Below are positions 8,521 to 14,635 of a stretch of 15,902 nt of DNA, piece by piece. Made by a program: the position numbers and the translations under genes. Below the pieces are notes generated by a model. It ran no database searches and had not been told where the DNA came from. It worked only from the letters and a program-made list of their open reading frames with translations. Position 1 is the first letter of the stretch. Every line of letters starts with the position of its first letter. This DNA comes from a virus, in the IMG/VR virus record IMGVR_UViG_3300045988_117751, positions 1 to 15,902 of that record. One strand, 5' to 3'.

Positions 8521-8781
8521 TCATGTCACCCCCAGAAGTTTCCAGCAAGCTTGACCAAAAGCTGAATCGTTCTTACCGTTTGTGCCACACTCAAAACCAT
8601 ATGCTCTCATACTCGTCTGAAAAGAATTGATAGCGTGCACGGTATTTGTGCGACAATCGCCGTCAATCGTAAGTGGCTTTCCGTCTGCACCTACATAATG
8701 TAGCATGGATAACACGGTTTGAAGAACTACAACATCTGTGCCAGTTGACCCATAACAAACGGTTGAAAAACTATGTGCCAT
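8521..8781 (-). CDS. Stand-alone peptidoglycan-binding domain protein (PG_binding_1-like)
   Basis: 86 aa. GSTGTDVVVLQTVLSMLHYV..DGDCRTNTVHAINSFQ fits the G-x-G-x-V-x-x-LQ...DG-x-F/C-G-x-x-T-x-x-A-V/I-x-x-FQ pattern. Its ATG directly abuts the holin stop (TAAATG). Its own stop is 1 nt before the hydrolase ATG. Confidence 0.7.
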   Translation of the reverse strand: MAHSFSTVCYGSTGTDVVVLQTVLSMLHYVGADGKPLTIDGDCRTNTVHAINSFQTSMRAYGFECGTNGKNDSAFGQACWKLLGVT

Positions 8782-9135
8782 TTACTCACCTTCTTTCGTA
8801 ATGGAGCTGATGTGAAACAGCGACATAAGTTTTTCCGGTAAAAGGTCTGGATTGATTTTGCTGATATTCTCCAAAATAGAGACCAGCTCTGTAGTGCAAG
8901 CATAGAATACTATAATAGGAAGAATTAAAAAATCCAAGTGTATTCCAGCGATAGCACCGTAGTTGTCAATAATCCATGCCAGAAAATAACAGAACATGAA
9001 GCCAACTTTTTTAAAGAGACCGTCCCTTAATTTAGAGGACTGGATTTCCTTGTTTTTAATAGCTGAAATAAATCCTGTGCACAAGTCTAGTGCGTTGAAT
9101 CCAAGAGCTACTAAAATCGGAGTAAGCTGATTCAT
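8782..9135 (-). CDS. Holin (phage_holin_4_1 / TcdE-like, three predicted TM helices)
   Basis: 117 aa with three hydrophobic segments and the family-typical LDLxTGxxxAxKNKEIxSxKxRxGxxKK motif. ATG at 9135 with RBS GGGGGT. It is the first gene after the promoter. Confidence 0.85.
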   Translation of the reverse strand: MNQLTPILVALGFNALDLCTGFISAIKNKEIQSSKLRDGLFKKVGFMFCYFLAWIIDNYGAIAGIHLDFLILPIIVFYACTTELVSILENISKINPDLLPEKLMSLFHISSITKEGE

Positions 9136-9164
9136 CTTGTGACCCCCTTTCTTTTTACATATTA

Positions 9165-9193
9165 ATTATAAAATAAGGGTTGACAAAAGTCAA
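9165..9193 (-). promoter_or_regulatory. Near-consensus sigma-70-type promoter for the lysis and structural operon
   Basis: On the minus strand: TTGACT (9193-9188), a 17-nt spacer, then TATAAT (9170-9165). It lies about 30 nt upstream of the holin ATG. Confidence 0.7.
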
Positions 9194-9208
9194 GTTATAT
9201 ATTAAACT
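9180..9208 (+). promoter_or_regulatory. Divergent promoter for the packaging ATPase
   Basis: On the plus strand: TTGACA (9180-9185), a 17-nt spacer, then TAAACT (9203-9208). Its -35 forms the palindrome TTGACAAAAGTCAA with the -35 of the opposing promoter. Confidence 0.5.
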
Positions 9209-9211
9209 AAT

Positions 9212-9284
9212 TAATAAGTAGTAATAAGTATTTCTTATAAGTGCTTATAAGTGTAACTTATTAATAACATTTTATTTATAAGTG
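9212..9284. repeat. Phased array of short repeats (consensus TWATAAGTR), likely regulator binding sites
   Basis: TAATAAGTA at 9212 and 9222. CTTATAAGTG at 9234 and 9244 in tandem, each containing the palindrome CTTATAAG. An inverted copy ACTTATTA at 9256. TTATAAGTG at 9276. The first four copies are spaced by 10, 13 and 10 bp. Confidence 0.6.
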
Positions 9285-9294
9285 GGTGAAATAG

Positions 9295-10323
9295 ATGTTT
9301 TATGACGGTACAAAGTTATTAAGCTTAAAAGATTTAAACGGTAACCAGCCAGAAATTTATATGTGTACTTCAAACCGAAGCGGCGGAAAGACTACATACT
9401 TTAGCAGACTGTTAGTAAATCGGTTTATCAAATATAGAGAAAAATTTGGACTGATATATAGATACAATTATGAGTTGGATGATGTTGCTGATAAGTTTTT
9501 TAAGGATATTGGCGAGCTGTTCTTCACAGGTTATGAAATGGAAAGTAAAAGAAGGGCAAATGGAATCTTTCATGAGCTATTTTTAAACGGAGAACCCTGT
9601 GGATATGCTGTAACTTTAAATAGTGCTGATACCATAAAGAAGTATAGTCATTTCTTTTCTGATATACAGCGACTTTTGTTTGACGAATTTCAGAGTGAAA
9701 CTAATCACTATTGCACCGATGAAGTTAAGAAGTTTATTAGCGTGCACACTACTATTGCAAGAGGACAGGGAAAACAGACAAGATATGTACCTGTATTCAT
9801 GTGTTCAAACCCTGTAAGTATTATCAATCCATACTATGTTAACATGGGTATAAGCTCTAGGCTTCAAGAGTCAACTAAATTCCTTAAAGGAAATGGCTTT
9901 GTATTAGAGCAAGGCTTTAACGAGAGTGCTAGCAAAGCTCAGACTGAAAGCCAATTTAATCAGGCTTTTGCTAATAATGAGTATGTTGCTTATAGTAGTC
10001 AGGCTGTATACTTGAATGATAATAAGGCGTTTATTGAAAAGCCTGTGGGGAATAGCAGATATATAGCTACGCTAAAATATAAGGGATGCAATTTTGCTGT
10101 AAGGGAATACACAGAAAGCGGCTACTTGTATTGTGACGATAGGGCGGATATGACATTTCCCACTAAAATTGTTGTTACTTGCGATGACCATAGTATTAAC
10201 TATGTGATGCTTAAAAGAAATGACTTTATGATTGCAAATTTCAGATATCTTTTTGAGCGTGGATGCTTTCGATTTAAAGATTTAAGATGTAAAGAAGCTA
10301 TATTGACAGCATTAAGCTATTGA
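9295..10323 (+). CDS. DNA packaging (encapsidation) ATPase, gp16-like
   Basis: 342 aa, against ~330 aa for phi29 gp16. Walker A NRSGGKTT and Walker B RLLFDEF. It is the only convincing plus-strand gene. Confidence 0.85.
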   Translation: MFYDGTKLLSLKDLNGNQPEIYMCTSNRSGGKTTYFSRLLVNRFIKYREKFGLIYRYNYELDDVADKFFKDIGELFFTGYEMESKRRANGIFHELFLNGEPCGYAVTLNSADTIKKYSHFFSDIQRLLFDEFQSETNHYCTDEVKKFISVHTTIARGQGKQTRYVPVFMCSNPVSIINPYYVNMGISSRLQESTKFLKGNGFVLEQGFNESASKAQTESQFNQAFANNEYVAYSSQAVYLNDNKAFIEKPVGNSRYIATLKYKGCNFAVREYTESGYLYCDDRADMTFPTKIVVTCDDHSINYVMLKRNDFMIANFRYLFERGCFRFKDLRCKEAILTALSY

Positions 10324-10435
10324 TATCTTCCAACGTTTGTTAACTTGAGTTGTATAGGAGTGCACTGGTTAAATGTCCAGCCTATAAACTGTCGTTGTTG
10401 CGGAACGCTTGCTTAACTTCGTTGGTTATAGATAT
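10323..10435 (+). ncRNA. Candidate structured RNA (possible pRNA analogue or ATPase 3' UTR element); strand not established
   Basis: An interrupted long-range helix closes the segment. ATATCT (10323-10328) pairs with AGATAT (10430-10435), CCAACG (10330-10335) with CGTTGG (10420-10425), and GTTAA (10339-10343) with TTAAC (10413-10417). An internal hairpin has TATAGG (10353-10358) pairing with CCTATA (10381-10386), and CTGG with CCAG inside it. No ORF is present. Confidence 0.3.
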
Positions 10436-10436
10436 A

Positions 10437-10482
10437 GAAAGCCCTGTATGAAACAATCGTATGATTGCCATACAGGGCTTTT
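10437..10482. terminator. Bidirectional rho-independent terminator shared by the ATPase gene and the replication operon
   Basis: A 10-bp stem, GCCCTGTATG (10441-10450) with CATACAGGGC (10469-10478), is flanked by AAA upstream and TTTT downstream. It therefore reads as a hairpin plus U tract on both strands, between convergent genes. Confidence 0.8.
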
Positions 10483-10487
10483 GTTAA

Positions 10488-10814
10488 TTAAAGAGTGTTA
10501 ACGTACCACTTATATTCATTTTTATCATCATTAATGATTGAAACAATTTCACCATCATATGGATATAACCTTTCTGCTATCATATCATAATTAGGTGAAC
10601 CTGTAATATATTCGGGTACTTCATTAATATAAAGGACAAGTTTTCTTTTCATGCACATCTTCACAATATTGTTATGAACTTCCTCATCTGATAATACTGT
10701 TGGCTCTTCTGGTTTATTCATACACATATCTGGGTAAGTGTTAGCAATGCACTGAGTACCATAAATACAATTTAATAATATCTTTGCTTCTTCTAATGTC
10801 AAATTAATTTTCAT
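10488..10814 (-). CDS. Hypothetical protein (last gene of the replication operon; gene-1 position)
   Basis: 108 aa. ATG at 10814 with RBS AAGGGGAA 7 nt upstream. No motif recognised. Confidence 0.65.
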   Translation of the reverse strand: MKINLTLEEAKILLNCIYGTQCIANTYPDMCMNKPEEPTVLSDEEVHNNIVKMCMKRKLVLYINEVPEYITGSPNYDMIAERLYPYDGEIVSIINDDKNEYKWYVNTL

Positions 10815-10837
10815 TTTTTATTCCCCTTTTTCTTTTT

Positions 10838-10857
10838 AATGTTTCATGTGAAACATT
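10838..10857. promoter_or_regulatory. 20-bp perfect palindrome AATGTTTCA-TG-TGAAACATT overlapping the DNA polymerase stop codon
   Basis: 9-bp arms with a 2-nt centre. The core GTTTCA-NN-TGAAAC recurs at 13382-13395. Confidence 0.4.
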
Positions 10858-12871
10858 ATCTCATTTTATAACTTGTTTCGTGTAACAGTATACCGCCAAT
10901 GATTCTTTTAGGAACCAATTTTCCCGGAATTTCCAGCCCTATCTTAAAGTCTTTAAGTGTTCGCTCTTTCGGCACCCCGTCAGGCAAGAATAAAAATTCT
11001 CGTTCAGCATCGTTATAATCATCTTTGTTATAAACTTGTCCTTCCGCAACTGATAAAGATTTGTTGAATAATGCTTTACACTTATCTGGCAATCCAGCGC
11101 ATTTAATATTATAGTAGGGTTCAATCTTTTCCCCATACCATTTACCTTCTTTTCTCTCCAAATCTTCCTCTACAACGTGCTCAATATAGGTTTTCTGGCG
11201 AACGAAAATAGCTTTATCCCATTTGCTTTCCAGTTTCCAACAGCAAAAGGCTGAGTTGTGAACCTTAATCCCTGTAACTTCTTCGGGTTTTAAATCACAA
11301 TGTATACTATCTGTGTCTGCATATATGAAACCGGGTTTATCCACACCGTGATAATTCTTCTGAGCCGCACGTATTGTGAAGTTTCGTGCATATGACGTGA
11401 TCGCTGAACCACAAGCTATATAACCGGGCTTCTTGTTCTCCTGATGAATTGGATAGAAACCAACCACACCGTTGTCTTTTACATAAGCCAGCTTAAATGA
11501 GCTATCTGTACTGGTTGCAAGTTTACCATATAAGTTATTTAAGAAAAGCTTTGCAAGTGTACGCATAGCACCCTTGCTGTTCATCTTGATTTCTTTGTAC
11601 TTATCTATATACTCATCAAAAATTCCTATATCAGTGTAGAACCAACAGCCGTCCAGTATTTCAAAGTCCACAAGCTCATAATGCTCGAGCAATAATATAT
11701 AATCTGTCATGGTTAGCGTCAATTCCACCCTAGTATCTTTCACATTTCCGTTCTTATCAGTATAGTGTGTGTAATATTCTCCTGTTTCATTATCATATAC
11801 GTCTGTGGATTCTAGGCACTCTGTACCACTGTATAAAGGGCTGTTTTTAATCTGTACAAATGGGAGATAACCGGGTTTTAAATAAAATCTGGTTTTTATT
11901 CGTACAAAATAATAACGATTATCTTTCAAAGCATTATCTGGAATGTAATTACCTTTCCAAAAATACGGAAGCCCTATTGGGTATCTGTTTCCGCTTTCTG
12001 AATGCATCATAGAGGGGTATAAGGAATTAACGTCTGCCGTAACTCCGTTTCCGTATTCAATATTTTCTTTACCTTTGACTAGGTAACACCAACCACCTTT
12101 ATAGGACTTCCTTATCCAGTCACCAGCTGTAACATACTTGTGCACTTGTTTGTCAAGACTAACATCGTATAAATCAGGAAACATTTCATTGTATGTTAAC
12201 TGATTCTTCAATGAGGACTTGCATATCTTTTTATATTCTGAAAAACAGCATGAGCCTATTGTTAACTTGTCGTGTCCCTCATTAAACATAAACTCAAGCG
12301 CTTCTTTTACAACCAGAACGTCGTTTGCTATATACTTTCGTTCTTCATCTGTAATTTCACACCCGGCATAGCGAAAACCCTCATACTCCATTTCCAGTTT
12401 TTTATGCTTCGTTGAAAAACCTTTTCCGATTTGCTTAACTGAAAATGGTAACAGTTTTAAGGAGTCCCTGATTTCAATTAACTGACGACCTGTTTTGATT
12501 TTTATTGAGTACCATTGACCTCTATCAGAAATTGAATACTTAAATTCTCCTGATTTCATATCCTTATCTTTTTTCCAGTCCATGTTGGCGGTATCTGATA
12601 AATCGCCCTCAATGGCTTGTGTATACTTTAGCTTTGTTAGCAAAAAGTCTAACCAAAAAGCACCGTCAAATTTAAGGTTATGAAAGAAAATAACAACATT
12701 TGTTTTAAGTGATTTTATACGCTCAAACATGGCTTCGATGCTGTGGTCAATAGTAACGTCCTCAGTGTATAGCTCTACCAGTGCCGCCGCCCAGACTTCT
12801 GTGCTTTCCTGACCCTTATAGACTGTAGTTTCAAAATCCCCGACAAAATACCGGGGTCTACGGGCTGACAT
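10856..12871 (-). CDS. Protein-primed family-B DNA polymerase (gp2-like)
   Basis: Exo I FVGDFETT, Exo II HNLKFDGAF, Exo III YIANDVLV. Motif A DVNSLYPS, motif B KLFLNNLYGK, motif C YADTDS, and KxY as QKTY. 671 aa. Confidence 0.95.
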   Translation of the reverse strand: MSARRPRYFVGDFETTVYKGQESTEVWAAALVELYTEDVTIDHSIEAMFERIKSLKTNVVIFFHNLKFDGAFWLDFLLTKLKYTQAIEGDLSDTANMDWKKDKDMKSGEFKYSISDRGQWYSIKIKTGRQLIEIRDSLKLLPFSVKQIGKGFSTKHKKLEMEYEGFRYAGCEITDEERKYIANDVLVVKEALEFMFNEGHDKLTIGSCCFSEYKKICKSSLKNQLTYNEMFPDLYDVSLDKQVHKYVTAGDWIRKSYKGGWCYLVKGKENIEYGNGVTADVNSLYPSMMHSESGNRYPIGLPYFWKGNYIPDNALKDNRYYFVRIKTRFYLKPGYLPFVQIKNSPLYSGTECLESTDVYDNETGEYYTHYTDKNGNVKDTRVELTLTMTDYILLLEHYELVDFEILDGCWFYTDIGIFDEYIDKYKEIKMNSKGAMRTLAKLFLNNLYGKLATSTDSSFKLAYVKDNGVVGFYPIHQENKKPGYIACGSAITSYARNFTIRAAQKNYHGVDKPGFIYADTDSIHCDLKPEEVTGIKVHNSAFCCWKLESKWDKAIFVRQKTYIEHVVEEDLERKEGKWYGEKIEPYYNIKCAGLPDKCKALFNKSLSVAEGQVYNKDDYNDAEREFLFLPDGVPKERTLKDFKIGLEIPGKLVPKRIIGGILLHETSYKMR

Positions 12872-13608
12872 TAATACCTCTCAAAATTGGAATCTTCGTA
12901 CATGGCATTTTCCATAGCGGATAGCTCATTCCAAAACTCATCCATTTCGTCCTGATAAAAGTCGCCTTGTTCAGATAGAAATTGGATGATGCCTTGTGTA
13001 AAATCAGTGGCTTTTTCAACATCATATACGACTGACCATGACACTTCGTAACCATTTTCCGCACCTTTAGTAAGCATCTCTGCTACAGCTTCATCTCCGT
13101 TGTCAGCTCTTAATTTATTAAACCACCGTAGTAGTAAAGGGTATGCCTTACCGTTTCGGCATGTTTCAAGTGTGTAAAGAAATGTTTCTATAACTGCTCT
13201 GGTATAAAACCCTCTGTCTTCATTTGTTTTCTTTTTACGCTCTCGTTTTGGTTTTTCTGGTTTTGGATATTCTTGTTTCTTCTCTTTCTGAGCTTTCTTT
13301 CTTGCTTTTGTTGCTTTAGCCTTTTGTGCGGCTTCTTTTCGAATTCGTTTCTTGTGCTCTTCTGGCGTTTCTATTTCACCCGTTTCACGTGAAACATATA
13401 TAGCTTTTTTGTAAAGCTCTTTTGGCGTTAACCTTGCCAGACGTGAGACTGAAGCTTTTGTAACTCTTTTCGGGATAGCTGGAATGATGTTTTCATCAAA
13501 AATATATCCTTGTTTTTTAGCTCGGCTAATAAAATTCTGTATACGTTTACGTTGCTTGTTGTATTCTACTCTTGTTTGTGTTAATTTACGTTTCTTTCTT
13601 TTTGCCAT
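12871..13608 (-). CDS. Terminal protein (gp3-like), inferred
   Basis: 245 aa immediately upstream of the polymerase, with a TAATG stop/start overlap. The N-terminus and centre are strongly basic (MAKRKKRK..., a K/R/E-rich stretch) and the C-terminus is acidic, as in phi29 TP. ITRs show protein-primed replication. No direct sequence match recalled. Confidence 0.65.
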   Translation of the reverse strand: MAKRKKRKLTQTRVEYNKQRKRIQNFISRAKKQGYIFDENIIPAIPKRVTKASVSRLARLTPKELYKKAIYVSRETGEIETPEEHKKRIRKEAAQKAKATKARKKAQKEKKQEYPKPEKPKRERKKKTNEDRGFYTRAVIETFLYTLETCRNGKAYPLLLRWFNKLRADNGDEAVAEMLTKGAENGYEVSWSVVYDVEKATDFTQGIIQFLSEQGDFYQDEMDEFWNELSAMENAMYEDSNFERY

Positions 13609-13627
13609 TGTTTAACCCCCTATCTGT

Positions 13628-13660
13628 AAAGAAAGGGCGGTGGACATTAACCCACCACCC
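13628..13660 (-). terminator. Intra-operon intrinsic terminator / attenuator between the SSB and terminal protein genes
   Basis: On the minus strand, GGGTGGTGG pairs with CCACCGCCC (9 bp including one G-U, 8-nt loop; 13660-13635), followed by TTTCTTT (13634-13628). Confidence 0.55.
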
Positions 13661-13680
13661 TAATTGAAACTTTTTATTTA

Positions 13681-14034
13681 TCAGAGCTTTGAAGTATCTA
13701 ACTCTACGTTAATAAATGTACGTCCAGCCTTTGTAATACCACTTGTTTTAATGATAGCGAACTGCTCACCGTCCATAATTTTCTCGATATCGGAAAGTGA
13801 CCGCTTTACTGTTTTTGACTGTGCGCTGTATACTTTCTTGTCTGGTGTGATGATAGATACAACCTCAGAAACTTCACCAGTTGTTTCCTTCACGTCATTA
13901 AATTCGATGGTGCCAGAAACTGTAATGCTAGTCCCGTCTGGAACATCCTTTAAAGATGTAATTCCTGGCGCTACGGTCATAAGATACTTCTCTACCTTAT
14001 CAAATTCTCTTGATTCTCTTGTGATTTCTACCAT
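13681..14034 (-). CDS. Single-stranded DNA-binding protein (p5-like)
   Basis: 117 aa with RBS AGGAGA. VPDGTSITVSG..., KVYSAQSKTVKRSLSDIEKI and GITKAGRTFINVEL resemble my recollection of phi29 p5 (LPDGTIIEAN..., SLYSAISKTVAEAASDLIDL, GTSSKGNVFFSLQL). Its position between the p6-like and TP genes matches phi29. Confidence 0.6.
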   Translation of the reverse strand: MVEITRESREFDKVEKYLMTVAPGITSLKDVPDGTSITVSGTIEFNDVKETTGEVSEVVSIITPDKKVYSAQSKTVKRSLSDIEKIMDGEQFAIIKTSGITKAGRTFINVELDTSKL

Positions 14035-14057
14035 TGTTTATTCTCCTTTTCTTACTA

Positions 14058-14360
14058 TTAGTCCTGTGCGTTTTCGTCTGTTTCTGTTTTTGTTCTTGGC
14101 GGTAACTTTTCCGCCAGCTCGATAAAGTTCTGCTCTGTCATACCGTAAAGAGTTTCCACGATTTCTGTAGAAATAACTTTTACGGGAATGAGCGTTGCAT
14201 CCATTGTTTCCTTAACTGCCTTAAGTAATTTGCTGTCGTCTGTGTAAGTGCGTGGCACTTCAACCACCTGTGTTACTGTTTCCTCTGCTACTGTGTTCAC
14301 GCAAAGAATCGTTGCTTTTGTTGTTGTGACTGTTCTTGTCACCATTGGTTTTCTTGCCAT
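14058..14360 (-). CDS. Small DNA-binding protein (p6-like histone-like protein), tentative
   Basis: 100 aa from the ATG at 14360 (RBS AGGAGA 10 nt upstream). It is the first ORF of the replication operon, as gene 6 is in phi29. The C-terminal tail is acidic (TKTETDENAQD). TRTVTTTKATI and LYGMTEQNFIELA loosely resemble my recollection of p6. The ORF-track start at 14462 is rejected. Confidence 0.45.
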   Translation of the reverse strand: MARKPMVTRTVTTTKATILCVNTVAEETVTQVVEVPRTYTDDSKLLKAVKETMDATLIPVKVISTEIVETLYGMTEQNFIELAEKLPPRTKTETDENAQD

Positions 14361-14425
14361 TTGGGAGTGGTCTCCTTTCTTAATTTGATTTTTGTTTAGT
14401 TGTTTCGGCTTATGCCAGACTACTG

Positions 14426-14481
14426 TCACGCTACGACACCGGGAGCGAACTGAGATTTTCAAAATTTCGGGTGTAGCGTGA
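14426..14481 (-). other. Long stem-loop immediately 3' of the tRNA
   Basis: TCACGCTAC (14426-14434) pairs with GTAGCGTGA (14473-14481). The stem extends by ACC/GGT across a 3-nt bulge, and an inner AT-rich hairpin is present. It starts 1 nt after the tRNA discriminator base. No U tract follows. Confidence 0.35.
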
Positions 14482-14482
14482 A

Positions 14483-14555
14483 TGGACTATACAGGAGTTG
14501 AACCTGTGACTAAGCGTTTATGAGACGCTTGCTCTGCCTACTGAGCTAATAGTCC
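14483..14555 (-). tRNA. tRNA with anticodon CAT (elongator Met or lysidine-dependent Ile2)
   Basis: Hand-folded 73-nt cloverleaf. Acceptor GGACTAT/ATAGTCC, D stem GCTC/GAGC, anticodon stem AGCGT/ACGCT, loop CT-CAT-AA, variable loop TAGTC, T stem ACAGG/CCTGT with loop TTCAACT, discriminator A. No encoded CCA. G1-C72 is paired and there are no three consecutive G-C pairs at the base of the anticodon stem, so it is not an initiator. Confidence 0.9.
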
Positions 14556-14563
14556 TGGGGTTT

Positions 14564-14596
14564 CCGGGGTTGGTGTTTGGATAGGAGCAACCCCGG
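14564..14596 (-). other. GC-rich hairpin in the leader, 8 nt upstream of the tRNA
   Basis: CCGGGGTTG (14564-14572) pairs with CAACCCCGG (14588-14596): a 9-bp stem with a 15-nt loop. In RNA sense the loop reads CUCCUAUCCAAACAC. Confidence 0.45.
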
Positions 14597-14635
14597 TGAA
14601 TGGCTTGTAACAAGTTATTTCTTATTACATTATTT

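Noticed and set aside
9212-9284. The short repeat cluster as a mini CRISPR array
   Set aside because: The repeats are only 9-10 bp and directly abutting, or separated by a few nt. They include an inverted copy and have no spacer-like unique segments. They sit in a promoter region.
10436-10500. A dedicated minus-strand promoter for the 10323-10435 structured segment (phi29 A1-like)
   Set aside because: The only match is weak (TTGTTT-16-TATCTA) and it overlaps the terminator hairpin. Strand and transcription of the candidate RNA are therefore left open.
2029-13397. Apparent over-representation of the 8-mer ATGTTTCA / TGAAACAT (for example at 2029, 4249, 4729, 7311 and 13162) as extra half-site operators
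   Set aside because: Most copies lie in coding sequence where the minus strand reads GAA-ACA-T or TAT-GTT-TCA, so codon usage can explain them. Only the two full palindromes (10838-10857 and 13382-13395) are kept as a finding.
13664-14125. 153-aa plus-strand ORF across the SSB and p6-like genes, and the 62-aa plus-strand ORF at 15354-15542
   Set aside because: They are antisense shadows of minus-strand genes that have good RBSs and operon context. No promoter or RBS is present on the plus strand.
14361-14462. N-terminal extension of the p6-like ORF (track start at 14462)
   Set aside because: The extension has no RBS and runs through the stem-loop next to the tRNA. The internal ATG at 14360 is preceded by AGGAGA.
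14483-14555. The tRNA as an attP or integration remnant, or as a suppressor tRNA signalling an alternative genetic code
   Set aside because: The tRNA is full length and no integrase or recombinase is present. The genome is linear and protein-primed. The anticodon is CAT, and all large ORFs are intact under the standard code, so there is no sign of stop-codon reassignment.
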